Part shown: in pieces, positions 38,927 to 49,500 of the stretch
Numbering within the stretch: position 1 is the first letter of the stretch
Layout: each line of letters starts with the position of its first letter
NCBI GenBank assembly: GCA_018662825.1
Contig: JABJFI010000002.1
Span: 57 to 64,056 of the forward strand
From: Methanobacteriota archaeon
Lineage (GTDB): Archaea > Thermoplasmatota > Poseidoniia > Poseidoniales > Poseidoniaceae
DNA: 64,000 nt
Direction of reading: 5' to 3'
The notes under the pieces: model-generated
Databases searched by the model: none
What the model saw: the letters and a program-made list of their open reading frames with translations, nothing else
Told to the model about the DNA's origin: nothing
Translations under genes and position numbers: made by a program

Positions 38927-41008
38927 ATGATGGATAATATACCAATGATTGCCGCAGGTGCAGGTCTTGTCGGACTTGTAATTGCATTTATGCTGTATCA
39001 ACAAGTAAACAAAGTGAAAATTGACAACCAAAAAGTTGCCGAAATTACAAAAGAAATTCAAGAAGGTGCCATGGCGTTCCTTGTTGCTGAGTACAAAGTT
39101 CTCGCAATCTTCGTTGTTGTTGTCGGTGCTGCACTGACCCAACTCAACGACATGAATACCGCTCTTGCTTTCTTCGCAGGTGCATTCGCTTCAGTTGTTG
39201 CTGGTTTCTCAGGTATGCGTTCAGCGACTTCGGCAAATGGCCGAACCACAATGGCTGCTAAGAACGACGGCAAAGCCGGAGCATTGGCAGTTTCATACAA
39301 TGGTGGAGCAGTCATGGGCCTTTCAGTAGGCGGTCTCGGTCTTCTCGGAATTTCCCTTGTTGCATACTGGCTTGGTGCTGGTGATGCTAACCCTGACCTT
39401 TCTGCTGCAGCAGGATTCGGTATGGGTGCTTCATCCATTGCTCTATTTGCTCGTGTCGGTGGCGGTATCTACACCAAGGCTGCTGACGTCGGTGCTGACC
39501 TTGTCGGTAAAGTCGAAGCAGGTATTCCTGAAGACGACCCTCGAAACCCTGGTGTTATCGCTGATAACGTTGGAGACAACGTTGGTGATGTCGCTGGAAT
39601 GGGTGCGGATATCTTCGAATCTTTTGTTGGTTCAATCATCGCAGCAATGATAATTGCAAGTTCCGATGGATTCGGTGGCGCGGGTTTCACTGGTGCATCT
39701 GATTACATCATGATGCCAATTATGCTCGGCCTCATTGGATATGTGGCTTCTATAATCGGAGTGTTCTCCATGTTCGTTCTCAAGAATGGTAAAGATGCAG
39801 CAGCAGCACTTCGAAACACGACTTTTATTGCAGCAATTCTCTTTTGGGCTGGCGGTTATTTTGCCATCAATCAAAATTTGATTGCAGTCGAAATCGGCGT
39901 TATGCACTCCGTTGTTCTGGGCAGTGTTGTTGGAATTGCTATTGGCCTCATCACCGAATACTATACTGGAATCGAACCAGTGTTTGGAATTAAGACAAAG
40001 GCGATCCCTCACATCGGTGAAATGTCAAAGACAGGGCCGGCAACCAACGCTATCGCAGGCCTTTCGGTCGGTATGATGTCCACATTCATCCCAATCCTCT
40101 TAATTGCTGGAGGAATTCTTGGTGCGAACTACTTTGGTGGAGATGAATACGGACTCTACTGTATTGCAATGGCCGCTATGGGTATGCTTGCTACAGTCGG
40201 TGTCACAATGACCGTCGATGCTTACGGACCAGTTGCTGACAACGCAGGTGGCATCGCAGAGATGAGCGGTCTTGGTGCTGATGTTCGTGCCATTACTGAC
40301 GAACTTGATTCAATCGGAAACACAACCGCTGCAGTCGGCAAAGGATTCGCAATCGGTTCAGCAGCTTTGACTGCCCTTGCTCTGTTTGCAGCATACACCG
40401 CAGCAATCACTGGGGACTTAGATTTGACACTCACCAACCCGATGGTCGTAATAGGTCTACTGATTGGTGGAGGTTTGCCATTCGTAGTAGCAGCAATGAC
40501 CATGACCTCAGTCGGAAAGGCTGCTGGTGAAATGGTTGTCGAGATTCGACGCCAATTCAAAGAAATCCCTGGCCTTCTTGAAGGCAAGGAAGGCGTCAAG
40601 CCTGATTCTCAACTCTGTGTTGATATTTCAACCAAGGCCGCTCTACGTGAGATGGTCGGACCAGGTGTTGTAGCAGTTCTTGCCCCAGTCATCGTCGGTA
40701 TGGCGCTGGGTTGGGATGCACTTGGAGGTCTCCTCGCAGGTTCTCTTGTCACAGGTGTTCTCATGGCTCTATTCATGGCAAACGCTGGTGGTGCTTGGGA
40801 TAATGCCAAGAAAGCAATCGAACAAGGACATATCGATGGTGCAAAGAAAGGTGATGCTGCTCATGATGCGGCAGTTATTGGCGACACTATTGGAGACCCA
40901 TTCAAAGACACATCTGGCCCCTCACTCAACATTCTCATTAAGTTGATGTCCATTGTTGCAGTTGTTCTTGCCGGAACTGGCAAACTAACTCAGACTGGAC
41001 TTCTTTGA
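38927..41008 (+). CDS. hppA: membrane-bound proton-translocating (V-type) inorganic pyrophosphatase
   Basis: Signature segments [20 protein letters not shown] and [20 protein letters not shown], with about 15 TM helices. The track ORF starts at 38864; the first plausible ATG pair is at 38927/38930 ([21 protein letters not shown]). Confidence 0.9.
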   Translation: MMDNIPMIAAGAGLVGLVIAFMLYQQVNKVKIDNQKVAEITKEIQEGAMAFLVAEYKVLAIFVVVVGAALTQLNDMNTALAFFAGAFASVVAGFSGMRSATSANGRTTMAAKNDGKAGALAVSYNGGAVMGLSVGGLGLLGISLVAYWLGAGDANPDLSAAAGFGMGASSIALFARVGGGIYTKAADVGADLVGKVEAGIPEDDPRNPGVIADNVGDNVGDVAGMGADIFESFVGSIIAAMIIASSDGFGGAGFTGASDYIMMPIMLGLIGYVASIIGVFSMFVLKNGKDAAAALRNTTFIAAILFWAGGYFAINQNLIAVEIGVMHSVVLGSVVGIAIGLITEYYTGIEPVFGIKTKAIPHIGEMSKTGPATNAIAGLSVGMMSTFIPILLIAGGILGANYFGGDEYGLYCIAMAAMGMLATVGVTMTVDAYGPVADNAGGIAEMSGLGADVRAITDELDSIGNTTAAVGKGFAIGSAALTALALFAAYTAAITGDLDLTLTNPMVVIGLLIGGGLPFVVAAMTMTSVGKAAGEMVVEIRRQFKEIPGLLEGKEGVKPDSQLCVDISTKAALREMVGPGVVAVLAPVIVGMALGWDALGGLLAGSLVTGVLMALFMANAGGAWDNAKKAIEQGHIDGAKKGDAAHDAAVIGDTIGDPFKDTSGPSLNILIKLMSIVAVVLAGTGKLTQTGLL

Positions 41009-41057
41009 AGACTTCTTGAGGCGTTAGACTCATGAAGAACGCCCGACAGGGTCGTTC

Positions 41058-42023
41058 ATGGGTCCTCGGTTACAAGCCAGCATCATGCTGTTGCTTTTGC
41101 TTTGCACAAGTGCATTGTCAGGCTGTACAACGGGTTCTCTCAACACCTCCGGTAACGATACCACAACCGTGGAACAAAAACTTCTCCCGGAATGGGCCGT
41201 AGGTGATTGGTGGCTATACACTTTCGAGACTGCCCAATTTGGTGAAGATACAGCACGTTTAGTGGTTACAGAGATTGATGAGGGCGAGAATCAGTACATG
41301 CTGGGTATCTCCTCAGAAAGAGAAGCGCAAAGACATGCAGTCATCAATCATAATCCATTCTTGGGCCGAGTGATTATTGATGATTTAGCAGTCTATGAAA
41401 ACGGCGAGCCCCAATCAGTATTCAATTTCCCTTGGAATAATGGTGATACCTGGCAGTTTACTTTGCTCGGGGAATCATGGATGGCGGAAACCACTGGCTC
41501 CATCAATGGAATGGCGGTTGTAAAGGCCAGTAGCAGTTCAGGTCATTCTCTTGAATACCACTTTGATGGTAGTAATGGATTCATTGACTACTTTGAATGG
41601 TTAGACCAGAATGATGAATTACAATTCCGAATGTCATTGACTGACACAGGTAGCGATTATAGTGGCGAGGCTTGGTTTATTCGAGCCACTGACTTGAAAG
41701 ACCGTGTATTCGAGGGGCCTATTGATGGTGAAGTTACAGACACTTTCGTAGATAGTAGCCACCCCTCGGGTATTGATTTCAACTATTATGTATTCTACAT
41801 CGATGTTGCAATCCCACAAGGTGGGACTGGGACTTTATCGGTCAAAGACCATGCCGGAAATAGTATTTTGACTCGAACCTATACGGCAGGAACCCAATCT
41901 CAAGAATTAGCAACAATACCAAGTCGTACCGATGAATACACTCTGGAAGTCACTCTTACCGGTGGACAAAGTTCAATCCACTTCATGATTGCAGGTGGAA
42001 TTGAAAACTACTGGGAATTGTGA
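41058..42023 (+). CDS. secreted lipoprotein, hypothetical
   Basis: MGPRLQASIMLLLLLCTSALSGC (signal peptide plus lipobox). Thr-rich linker. No catalytic motif recognised. Confidence 0.6.
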   Translation: MGPRLQASIMLLLLLCTSALSGCTTGSLNTSGNDTTTVEQKLLPEWAVGDWWLYTFETAQFGEDTARLVVTEIDEGENQYMLGISSEREAQRHAVINHNPFLGRVIIDDLAVYENGEPQSVFNFPWNNGDTWQFTLLGESWMAETTGSINGMAVVKASSSSGHSLEYHFDGSNGFIDYFEWLDQNDELQFRMSLTDTGSDYSGEAWFIRATDLKDRVFEGPIDGEVTDTFVDSSHPSGIDFNYYVFYIDVAIPQGGTGTLSVKDHAGNSILTRTYTAGTQSQELATIPSRTDEYTLEVTLTGGQSSIHFMIAGGIENYWEL

Positions 42024-42032
42024 GGCGATACC

Positions 42033-42647
42033 TTGCCAACTCTCATCATGATGCACGGAATGACTGGTGATGCCAGCATGATGCGGCCATTTGCGGAAAA
42101 AATTCTCCCCGAAGGTTGGACACTTATCGTTCCTGAAGCACGTTACACACATTCTCTTCGTGGCCGAACTTGGTGGCGATATGAGGATGAAGATGCAGAT
42201 GCAACACGTCGGATGACGCTCTCTCGTAGAGAACTCATCGATGTTGACTCTTCACTCTCACAACTTGAACAACTCATCGCTGAACAAGCACCACTTGGGC
42301 CGTTGGTTGTTGGTGGTTTTTCTCAAGGTGGAGCAATGGCTCAGGAAATGTTGCAATTGCCACTTGCTGACCGAATTGTTGGTGTAGTAGCCATGGGGAC
42401 TCGTTTGGTTCGAGAAATGGAACTGCGGATTCGGCTTGCTGAATTAGAACCAAAGCATCTTTTTTGGATGCATGGCGAACGTGATCTTCGGGTTTCTATC
42501 CAAGATGGTTGGGCAGTAGCCCATGTGTTTGAATCAGCCGGCTGGGCAATGGAATTAATTGAACACCCAAAAGGTCACATGATTCCCATGGAACACCATG
42601 CTGCATTGAAAGAATGGTTAACTGCGCTGTCGCAAATAAGGTTGTAA
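42033..42647 (+). CDS. alpha/beta hydrolase of the phospholipase/carboxylesterase family
   Basis: Nucleophile elbow GFSQGG. Acid and His positions plausible (WMHGERD...HPKGHMIP). 204 aa. Confidence 0.7.
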   Translation: MPTLIMMHGMTGDASMMRPFAEKILPEGWTLIVPEARYTHSLRGRTWWRYEDEDADATRRMTLSRRELIDVDSSLSQLEQLIAEQAPLGPLVVGGFSQGGAMAQEMLQLPLADRIVGVVAMGTRLVREMELRIRLAELEPKHLFWMHGERDLRVSIQDGWAVAHVFESAGWAMELIEHPKGHMIPMEHHAALKEWLTALSQIRL

Positions 42648-42902
42648 TTGGTCATAACCGCCGATGAATACAGTTTGTTCATCTTTGATATCAAAAATTA
42701 CTGGAACCGTTCGATGACCTGTAGCCTCTACTATGTGTTGGCGCAAATGTGGTTGTTCATCAAAATTGAATTCGGTAAAGGATAGTTGGTGACGCTCAAG
42801 CAAACGCTTTGCAGCGCTACAATAGTTACAAAAATTCCCGGTATATATCAAGAATTCAGTTGAACTTGATTGAGCATGTTCAAGAAGTATATTGGGGGCC
42901 AT
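42618..42902 (-). CDS. grx: glutaredoxin
   Basis: CNYC active site (CxxC). TVPVIFD and FIGGYD glutathione-binding-type motifs. 94 aa. Convergent 30-bp overlap with the hydrolase gene. Confidence 0.8.
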   Translation of the reverse strand: MAPNILLEHAQSSSTEFLIYTGNFCNYCSAAKRLLERHQLSFTEFNFDEQPHLRQHIVEATGHRTVPVIFDIKDEQTVFIGGYDQLQPYLRQRS

Positions 42903-42932
42903 AGAAGTTGTTCTTAACCTGCCTATTTGAAG

Positions 42933-43463
42933 CTATGCACTGAAAGTCATCACTTCATAAATGGAATTTGTAGTATTCTTTTTGAGTCCTTGTTCAAGAA
43001 GTTGAATTCTATCATCATCGCCTAGATTGTGTAATCGAAGAATACGGGTATTCACTCCTTGTTGTGCAGCAATTCGTCCCAGGGTTTCAGCAGTGAGGCT
43101 GCCAAATCCATGGATGCCGTCAGGACATGCGCCGTGGAGGTGTGTTGTATCAACTCCTTTTCTTCTTTCACCTGTGGTTGAAGATTGGTCAGTTACAATA
43201 ATCAATGTTTTTACTTGGCTTACAGCAATTTCATCCAAGGCACTTCTAACTAGTGTGATTGTTCCTTCAAGACGTTTTCGATAGTCTTGGTCTTGATTAT
43301 CATAGGTCTCAATAACCATTGCATCAGCTGCTTTAGCATGTTCAACAAGTGTCCAACCCAATGAGTTCAATCGAGAAGGCACCTCTCCTCCTGGGCCGAT
43401 GTATCGGAGGGCGGGCATGTTTGCTCCACACATAACTGAGCCATGTTCTTTCCGTAAAATCAA
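42933..43463 (-). CDS. hypothetical protein (no motif assigned)
   Basis: 176-aa ORF, likely start at MCGANMPALRY. Alpha/beta-like composition. Divergent from the giant repeat gene. Confidence 0.45.
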   Translation of the reverse strand: MILRKEHGSVMCGANMPALRYIGPGGEVPSRLNSLGWTLVEHAKAADAMVIETYDNQDQDYRKRLEGTITLVRSALDEIAVSQVKTLIIVTDQSSTTGERRKGVDTTHLHGACPDGIHGFGSLTAETLGRIAAQQGVNTRILRLHNLGDDDRIQLLEQGLKKNTTNSIYEVMTFSA

Positions 43464-43525
43464 ACTGTTTTGAATGCGAAACTACTATGTGAAAGCGGAA
43501 AGATAACACTCTCCATGTCTCTTGA

Positions 43526-43545
43526 GTTCCGTTTGCATAAACGGA
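43526..43545. promoter_or_regulatory. perfect palindrome TTCCGTTT-GCAT-AAACGGAA immediately upstream of an A-rich TATA-like element (GGATAAAAAG, 43546..43555), about 25-30 bp before the ATG at 43578. Candidate operator on a leaderless promoter
   Basis: 8-bp arms with a 4-nt spacer read directly. Lies in the 114-bp divergent intergenic region between 43463 and 43578. Confidence 0.45.
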
Positions 43546-43577
43546 AGGATAAAAAGACCAATCGTCTACCTCTTTCC

Positions 43578-46500
43578 ATGGTAGCGGAGCGTATGCGCAG
43601 GCTAGGAGCATTTGCCGCACTAGCAATGTTCATCTTTTCCTCTCTTTCTACATCTCAGTTGATGCTATTAGAATTGAATTCCTCAATGGATGATGACCCT
43701 CAATTTTCCTCTGCTCGTTCCGGTAATGATACAGATTCTGACGGTATTGATGATGTTGATGATATCTGTGCGAATGGAGATACCGGCTGGACCTCAAATG
43801 CAATAACAGACCACGATTCTGATGGTTGCCGCGACTCAACTGAAGACACCGATGACGATAATGACGATCAACCCGACTCTTTCGATGACTGTCAAACTGG
43901 GAATTTAGGTTGGAATTCTTCAACACCAGGAACGGATTACGACGATGACGGTTGCCAAGATTCCCTTGAAGACCTAGATGACGATAACGATTCAGTCAAT
44001 GATACCTCAGACACTTGCCAAACTGGTGACCGAGGATGGACTTCAACTTCGAGCAATGACTATGATTCCGATGGCTGTCAAGATATTTCAGAAGATTTAG
44101 ATGACGATAACGATTCAGTCGTTGACACCTCTGACCTTTGCACACCCGGTGAACTCGGTTGGACTTCAACCTCATCGACAGATCATGATGGTGACGGATG
44201 CCAAGACTCAAGCGAAGACGACGATGATGACAACGATCAAGTTGTTGACGATGATGACTCGTGTACACCGGGGGATATCGGATGGACCTCATCATCTGGT
44301 ACAGACCACGACGATGATGGTTGCCAAGATTCGGGTGAAGATACCGATGATGATGATGATGGCATAACCGATTCTTTAGATGGATGCAGTGACGGTGACC
44401 TTGGATGGACGCCAGATAGTTCTACCGATTATGATACTGATGGTTGCCAAGATTCAACCGAGGACACCGATGATGATAATGATGGAATATTCGATGGTCC
44501 TGACCAATGTGAGAAAGGCGATTTAGGATGGACTTCCTCTTCATCAACTGATTATGACTCCGATGGTTGTCAGGATGGTACATCTGAAGACCTCGATAGA
44601 GATAACGATGGTATCAACGACGGTTCTGATAATTGTAGTTCGGGAGACTTGTTGTGGCTTTCTTCGGGAAGCACTGATCATGATACTGATGGCTGTCAAG
44701 ATTCGGGTGAAGACCTCGATGATGATAACGATGGAGTGGCGGATTTGCACCCTGATATGTGTCTCTTAGGTGACCTTGGATGGACCTCGACCCCAGCAAC
44801 GGATTTCGATGGCGATGGTTGCCGAGATTCAACCGAAGACGACGACACCGATAACGATGGCATTGATGATGTTGATGATGAGTGTAATTCCGGAGACACC
44901 GGTTGGTCTTCAACACCAACAACTGACCACGACAATGATGGTTGCCAAGATTCGGGCGAAGATACCGATGATGATAATGACGGAATAACTGATTCCTTAG
45001 ATGATTGCAGTGACGGTGACCTTGGATGGACGCCAGACAGTTCTACAGATTATGATTCAGACGGTTGCCAAGATTCAAACGAGGACCTCGATGATGATAA
45101 TGACCTCGTGGATGATGATGTTGATACCTGTGAGAAAGGTACACTTGGCTGGACATCAAGTCCTTCAAGTGATTATGATGGAGACGGATGTAAAGATTCC
45201 ACAGAAGATAATGACCGAGATAATGATGGAATCCTTGATTCAAGCGATGTATGTCCGCAAGGTGACCTTGGTTGGACATCAGGACCTTCAACCGACCATG
45301 ATTCCGATGGTTGTCAAGATTCAGGTGAAGATAACGATGACGATAATGATGGGGTCCTAGACAACGCCCCGGATGTCTGCCAAACCGGTGACCTCGGATG
45401 GATTTCTTCTTCAGCTAACGACCGCGACGCAGATGGTTGTCAAGATTCAACTGAAGACCCAGATGATGATAATGATGGTGTCCATGATACGATAGATGAT
45501 TGTCAGAACGGGGACATGGGATGGATTTCTTCTTCAACAACAGACCATGATTCGGATGGCTGCAGAGATGCTTCTACTGAAGACCCAGATGATGATAATG
45601 ACTCTGTTCTCGATGGTGTCGATACTTGTGACAAAGGTGAAACTGACTGGACACCGTCAACCCTGAACGACTATGATTCGGATGGTTGTAAAGACGATGT
45701 AGAGGATAATGATGATGACAATGATGGTGTTATTGATTCAAATGACTCCTGTGTTAGAGGCGACCTCGGTTGGACATCGAACGCAACTACAGACAATGAT
45801 GGTGATGGATGCAGAGATAGTACCGAAGATTTTGATTCCGATAACGATGGAGTCGCAGATAATATTGATTCTTGCCCTCAAGGGATAACAGGATGGTCAT
45901 CTTCATCTTCGACCGACTATGATTCAGATGGTTGTAAAGACACATCTGCTGAAGACAACGACGATGATAACGATGGATACAATGATTCTGTGGATGATTG
46001 TCCTACTGGAACAATTGGTTGGACGCCGACTCCTTCGAATGACTATGACTCAGATGGTTGTAAAGATGACACGATTTTTGACACTGACGATGATAATGAT
46101 GATCAACCCGACCCCTTCGATGACTGTCAAACTGGAAATATGGGCTGGAATTCTTCAACACCGGGGACGGATTACGACGATGACGGTTGTCAAGATGCTT
46201 CAAGTGAAGATTTAGACGATGATAACGATGAGGTAGAGGATTTGCACCCTGATGATTGCCAATTTGGAAACTTGGGTTGGATTTCCTCTCCAACAACAGA
46301 CCATGATGGCGACGGTTGTGAAGATGCTTCAAGTGAAGATGACGATGACGATAATGACAATATTTCTGATTCCCTAGACGATTGCCAATTTGGTGAAGGT
46401 TCTTGGATTCCATCTCCTTCAACTGATTATGATTCAGATGGTTGCAGGGATGCGACCGAAGACCTCGATGATGATAACGACGATGTCGACGATGTTGATG

Positions 46501-49500
46501 ATGAATGTCACTTTGGCGACTTAGGATGGATTTCATCACCAACAACAGATAATGATGGCGATGGTTGCCAAGATAATTCGATTGAAGATGATGATGATGA
46601 TAATGATGGAATCTTAGATTCACTCGACGATTGTCAAGATGGAGATGTAGGATGGACGCCCTCATCAACCACTGATTACGATTCCGATGGTTGCCGAGAT
46701 GCAACAGAAGACCCTGATGATGATAACGATGATGTCAATGATGATGTTCCAGATGTTTGTCAGACTGGTGAATTGAATTGGATTTCAACTCCAGCAACAG
46801 ATTACGATGGCGATGGTTGCCGAGATGCGACAGAAGACCCCGATACCGATAACGATGGAATCAATGATGTCGATGATGATTGTAATTTTGGTGAATTAAA
46901 CTGGGTCTCGAGTACATCAACGGATTGGGATTCTGATGGATGTAAAGATGATTCAATCGAAGATAACGATAATGATAATGACAGTATTCCAAATTCATCA
47001 GATGAATGCCCAACAGGCATTATCGGTTGGACACCAACTCCTCTCAATGACTACGATTCCGATGGTTGTCGAGATGTCGATGAAGACCTCGATGATGATA
47101 ATGATGGTGTCGCTGATGATGACGACGGCTGCGCTACAGGCGATTTGAATTGGACTTCTGATGCGACTACAGACATCGATGGTGACGGTTGCCGAGATTC
47201 AACAGAAGATTCCGATGATGATAATGACAGCATCGGAGATGGTAATGACAATTGTCCTAACGTAGCGAATACAAATCAAGCAAATCATGACTTTGACTCC
47301 GAAGGCGATGCTTGTGATGATGACGATGATAACGATGGTGTCGACGATGACGTTCCCGACAATTGTGTTCGTGGAGCACTCGGTTGGACTTCTTCCAGTT
47401 TGAACGACCATGATGGCGACGGTTGTCGAGATTCTGATGAAGATACCGATGACGATGGGGATGGGATTTCAGATACCTCAGATGATTGTACTCCTGGTGA
47501 AATTGGTTGGATTTCAAACGCTGTAACCGACCACGATTCAGATGGTTGTCTCGACCAAAACTCCGGTAATGCTCTCGAAGAGGATGACGACGATGATGAT
47601 GATGGAATGCTCGATGGTCCTGACGTATGTGAGAAAGGCGATTTAGGTTGGACTTCAAACAGCGTCACAGATTATGATGGAGACGGTTGCCGAGATGCTG
47701 GTGAGGACACTGACGATGATGGAGATGGAGTTTCAGACTCTTCAGATAGCTGCCTTCAAAGTACGGTGGGATGGATTTCAAACTCCACAACTGATAATGA
47801 CGGTGATGGCTGTGAAGACGGTAATTCTGACCTTGATGATGATAACGATGGAGTCCTCGACGTCAATGATAACTGTCAATTTGTTCCAAATACAAATCAA
47901 GCCAATTATGACGGCGATTCCGAAGGCGATGCTTGTGATAACGACGATGACAATGATGGAATAAACGACCCCTTTGACGTTTGTGTAAGAGGTGAGATGG
48001 GATGGATATCAACTCAATTTACTGACCATGACAGCGATGGATGCCAAGATTCGACAAACGAGGATCCCGATGACGATAACGATCAAGTTAACGATGTTAA
48101 TGATGATTGCCAACTCGGTACCGTAGGTTGGATTTCCTCTCCAGCAACCGATTATGATAGCGATGGCTGTCAAGATAGTGGTGAAGATTTAGATGATGAT
48201 AATGACACTGTTCCCGATGTGATTGACCGCTGTGCAACAGGGGAAATTGGATGGACTCCAACGCCTGCAAATGATTACGATTCTGATGGTTGCCGAGATG
48301 CAACAGAAGACCTAGATGATGACAATGATGGAATCAATGATAACATTGATGTAAACTGTCAGAAAGGCGACCTTAACTGGATTTCAACTCCAGCAACCGA
48401 CCATGATTCGGATGGTTGCCGAGATGCTGGTGAAGACCTTGATGATGACAATGATACTAAAGCAGATGTAAGTGATGATTGTCGCTTGGGAGAACTTGGA
48501 TGGATTTCAACTCCTGCAACCGATTATGATGGTGATGGTTGCCGAGATGCCACTGAAGATGACGATGACGATAACGATACAGTTTTGGACCCATTGGACG
48601 ATTGCCGTTTGGGCAACCTTGGTTGGACTTCTAATCTTACCACAGATTGGGATTCGGATGGTTGCAATGACCTTTCAGAAGACGATGATGATGATAATGA
48701 TGGTCTCGGAGATTCGCAAGACCAGTGTCCAAAAGGAGATATCGGCTGGGGCTCATCTGGCCCAGGCCAAGGTAATGCGCCTGATTATGACGGAGACGGT
48801 TGTCAAGATGCTCTTGAAGACTTGGATGATGACAATGACAACGTTTTGGATGATGTAGATAGTTGCCCGCGTGGTCTTGAAATGATGTATCACATGCCAT
48901 TAAGTCCTCCATGGACTGATTACGATGGTGATGGTTGCATGGACCAATTGCATGACGGGATTGAAGAAGACCTTGATGATGACAATGACGGGGTTCTTGA
49001 TGTGAATGACAACTGCTCGATGGGGGACTTGGGATGGATTTCGAATAAAATTACGGATAATGATGGGGATGGTTGCAAAGACGCCTCAGAAGATTATGAT
49101 GATGATGAAGACGGCATCGATGACATTGACGACCAATGCCCCCGAGGGGAAGTTGGATGGAGTCAATCAAATTTGACTGATTACGATAGCGACGGTTGCC
49201 AAGATATTAGCGAAGATGATGATGACGATAATGATGGCATTCACGACTCGAATGATTTGTGTCCGAAAGGAGAACTCAACTGGTCGTCGACTGAAGGTGA
49301 AGACTATGATTCCGATGGCTGTCGTGACTCTACAGAAGATTTAGACGACGATAATGACAATTTGCCAGACCTGCTCGATAATTGCTCAAAAGGTAATATG
49401 GAATGGACATGGCCTTCACCAGCGTTTGATTACGATAGTGATGGATGTTTGGACATTTTAGAGGACCTCGATGATGATGGTGATGGATTAACGGATGAAC

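Noticed and set aside
39058-40946. Minus and plus off-frame ORFs inside hppA (39058..39438, 39469..39690, 39632..40012, 40222..40599, 40609..40809, 40680..40946)
   Set aside because: Nested in the H+-PPase gene, which has unmistakable signature motifs. Ala/Pro/Arg-rich antisense composition.
41009-41057. Possible terminator hairpin after hppA (GGCGTT...AACGCC)
   Set aside because: Short imperfect stem with a 15-nt loop, no following T-run, and only 49 bp to the next start; not convincing.
42933-43463. Attempt to assign the 176-aa protein to a known hydrolase or phosphatase family
   Set aside because: No motif I could match with confidence; left as hypothetical.
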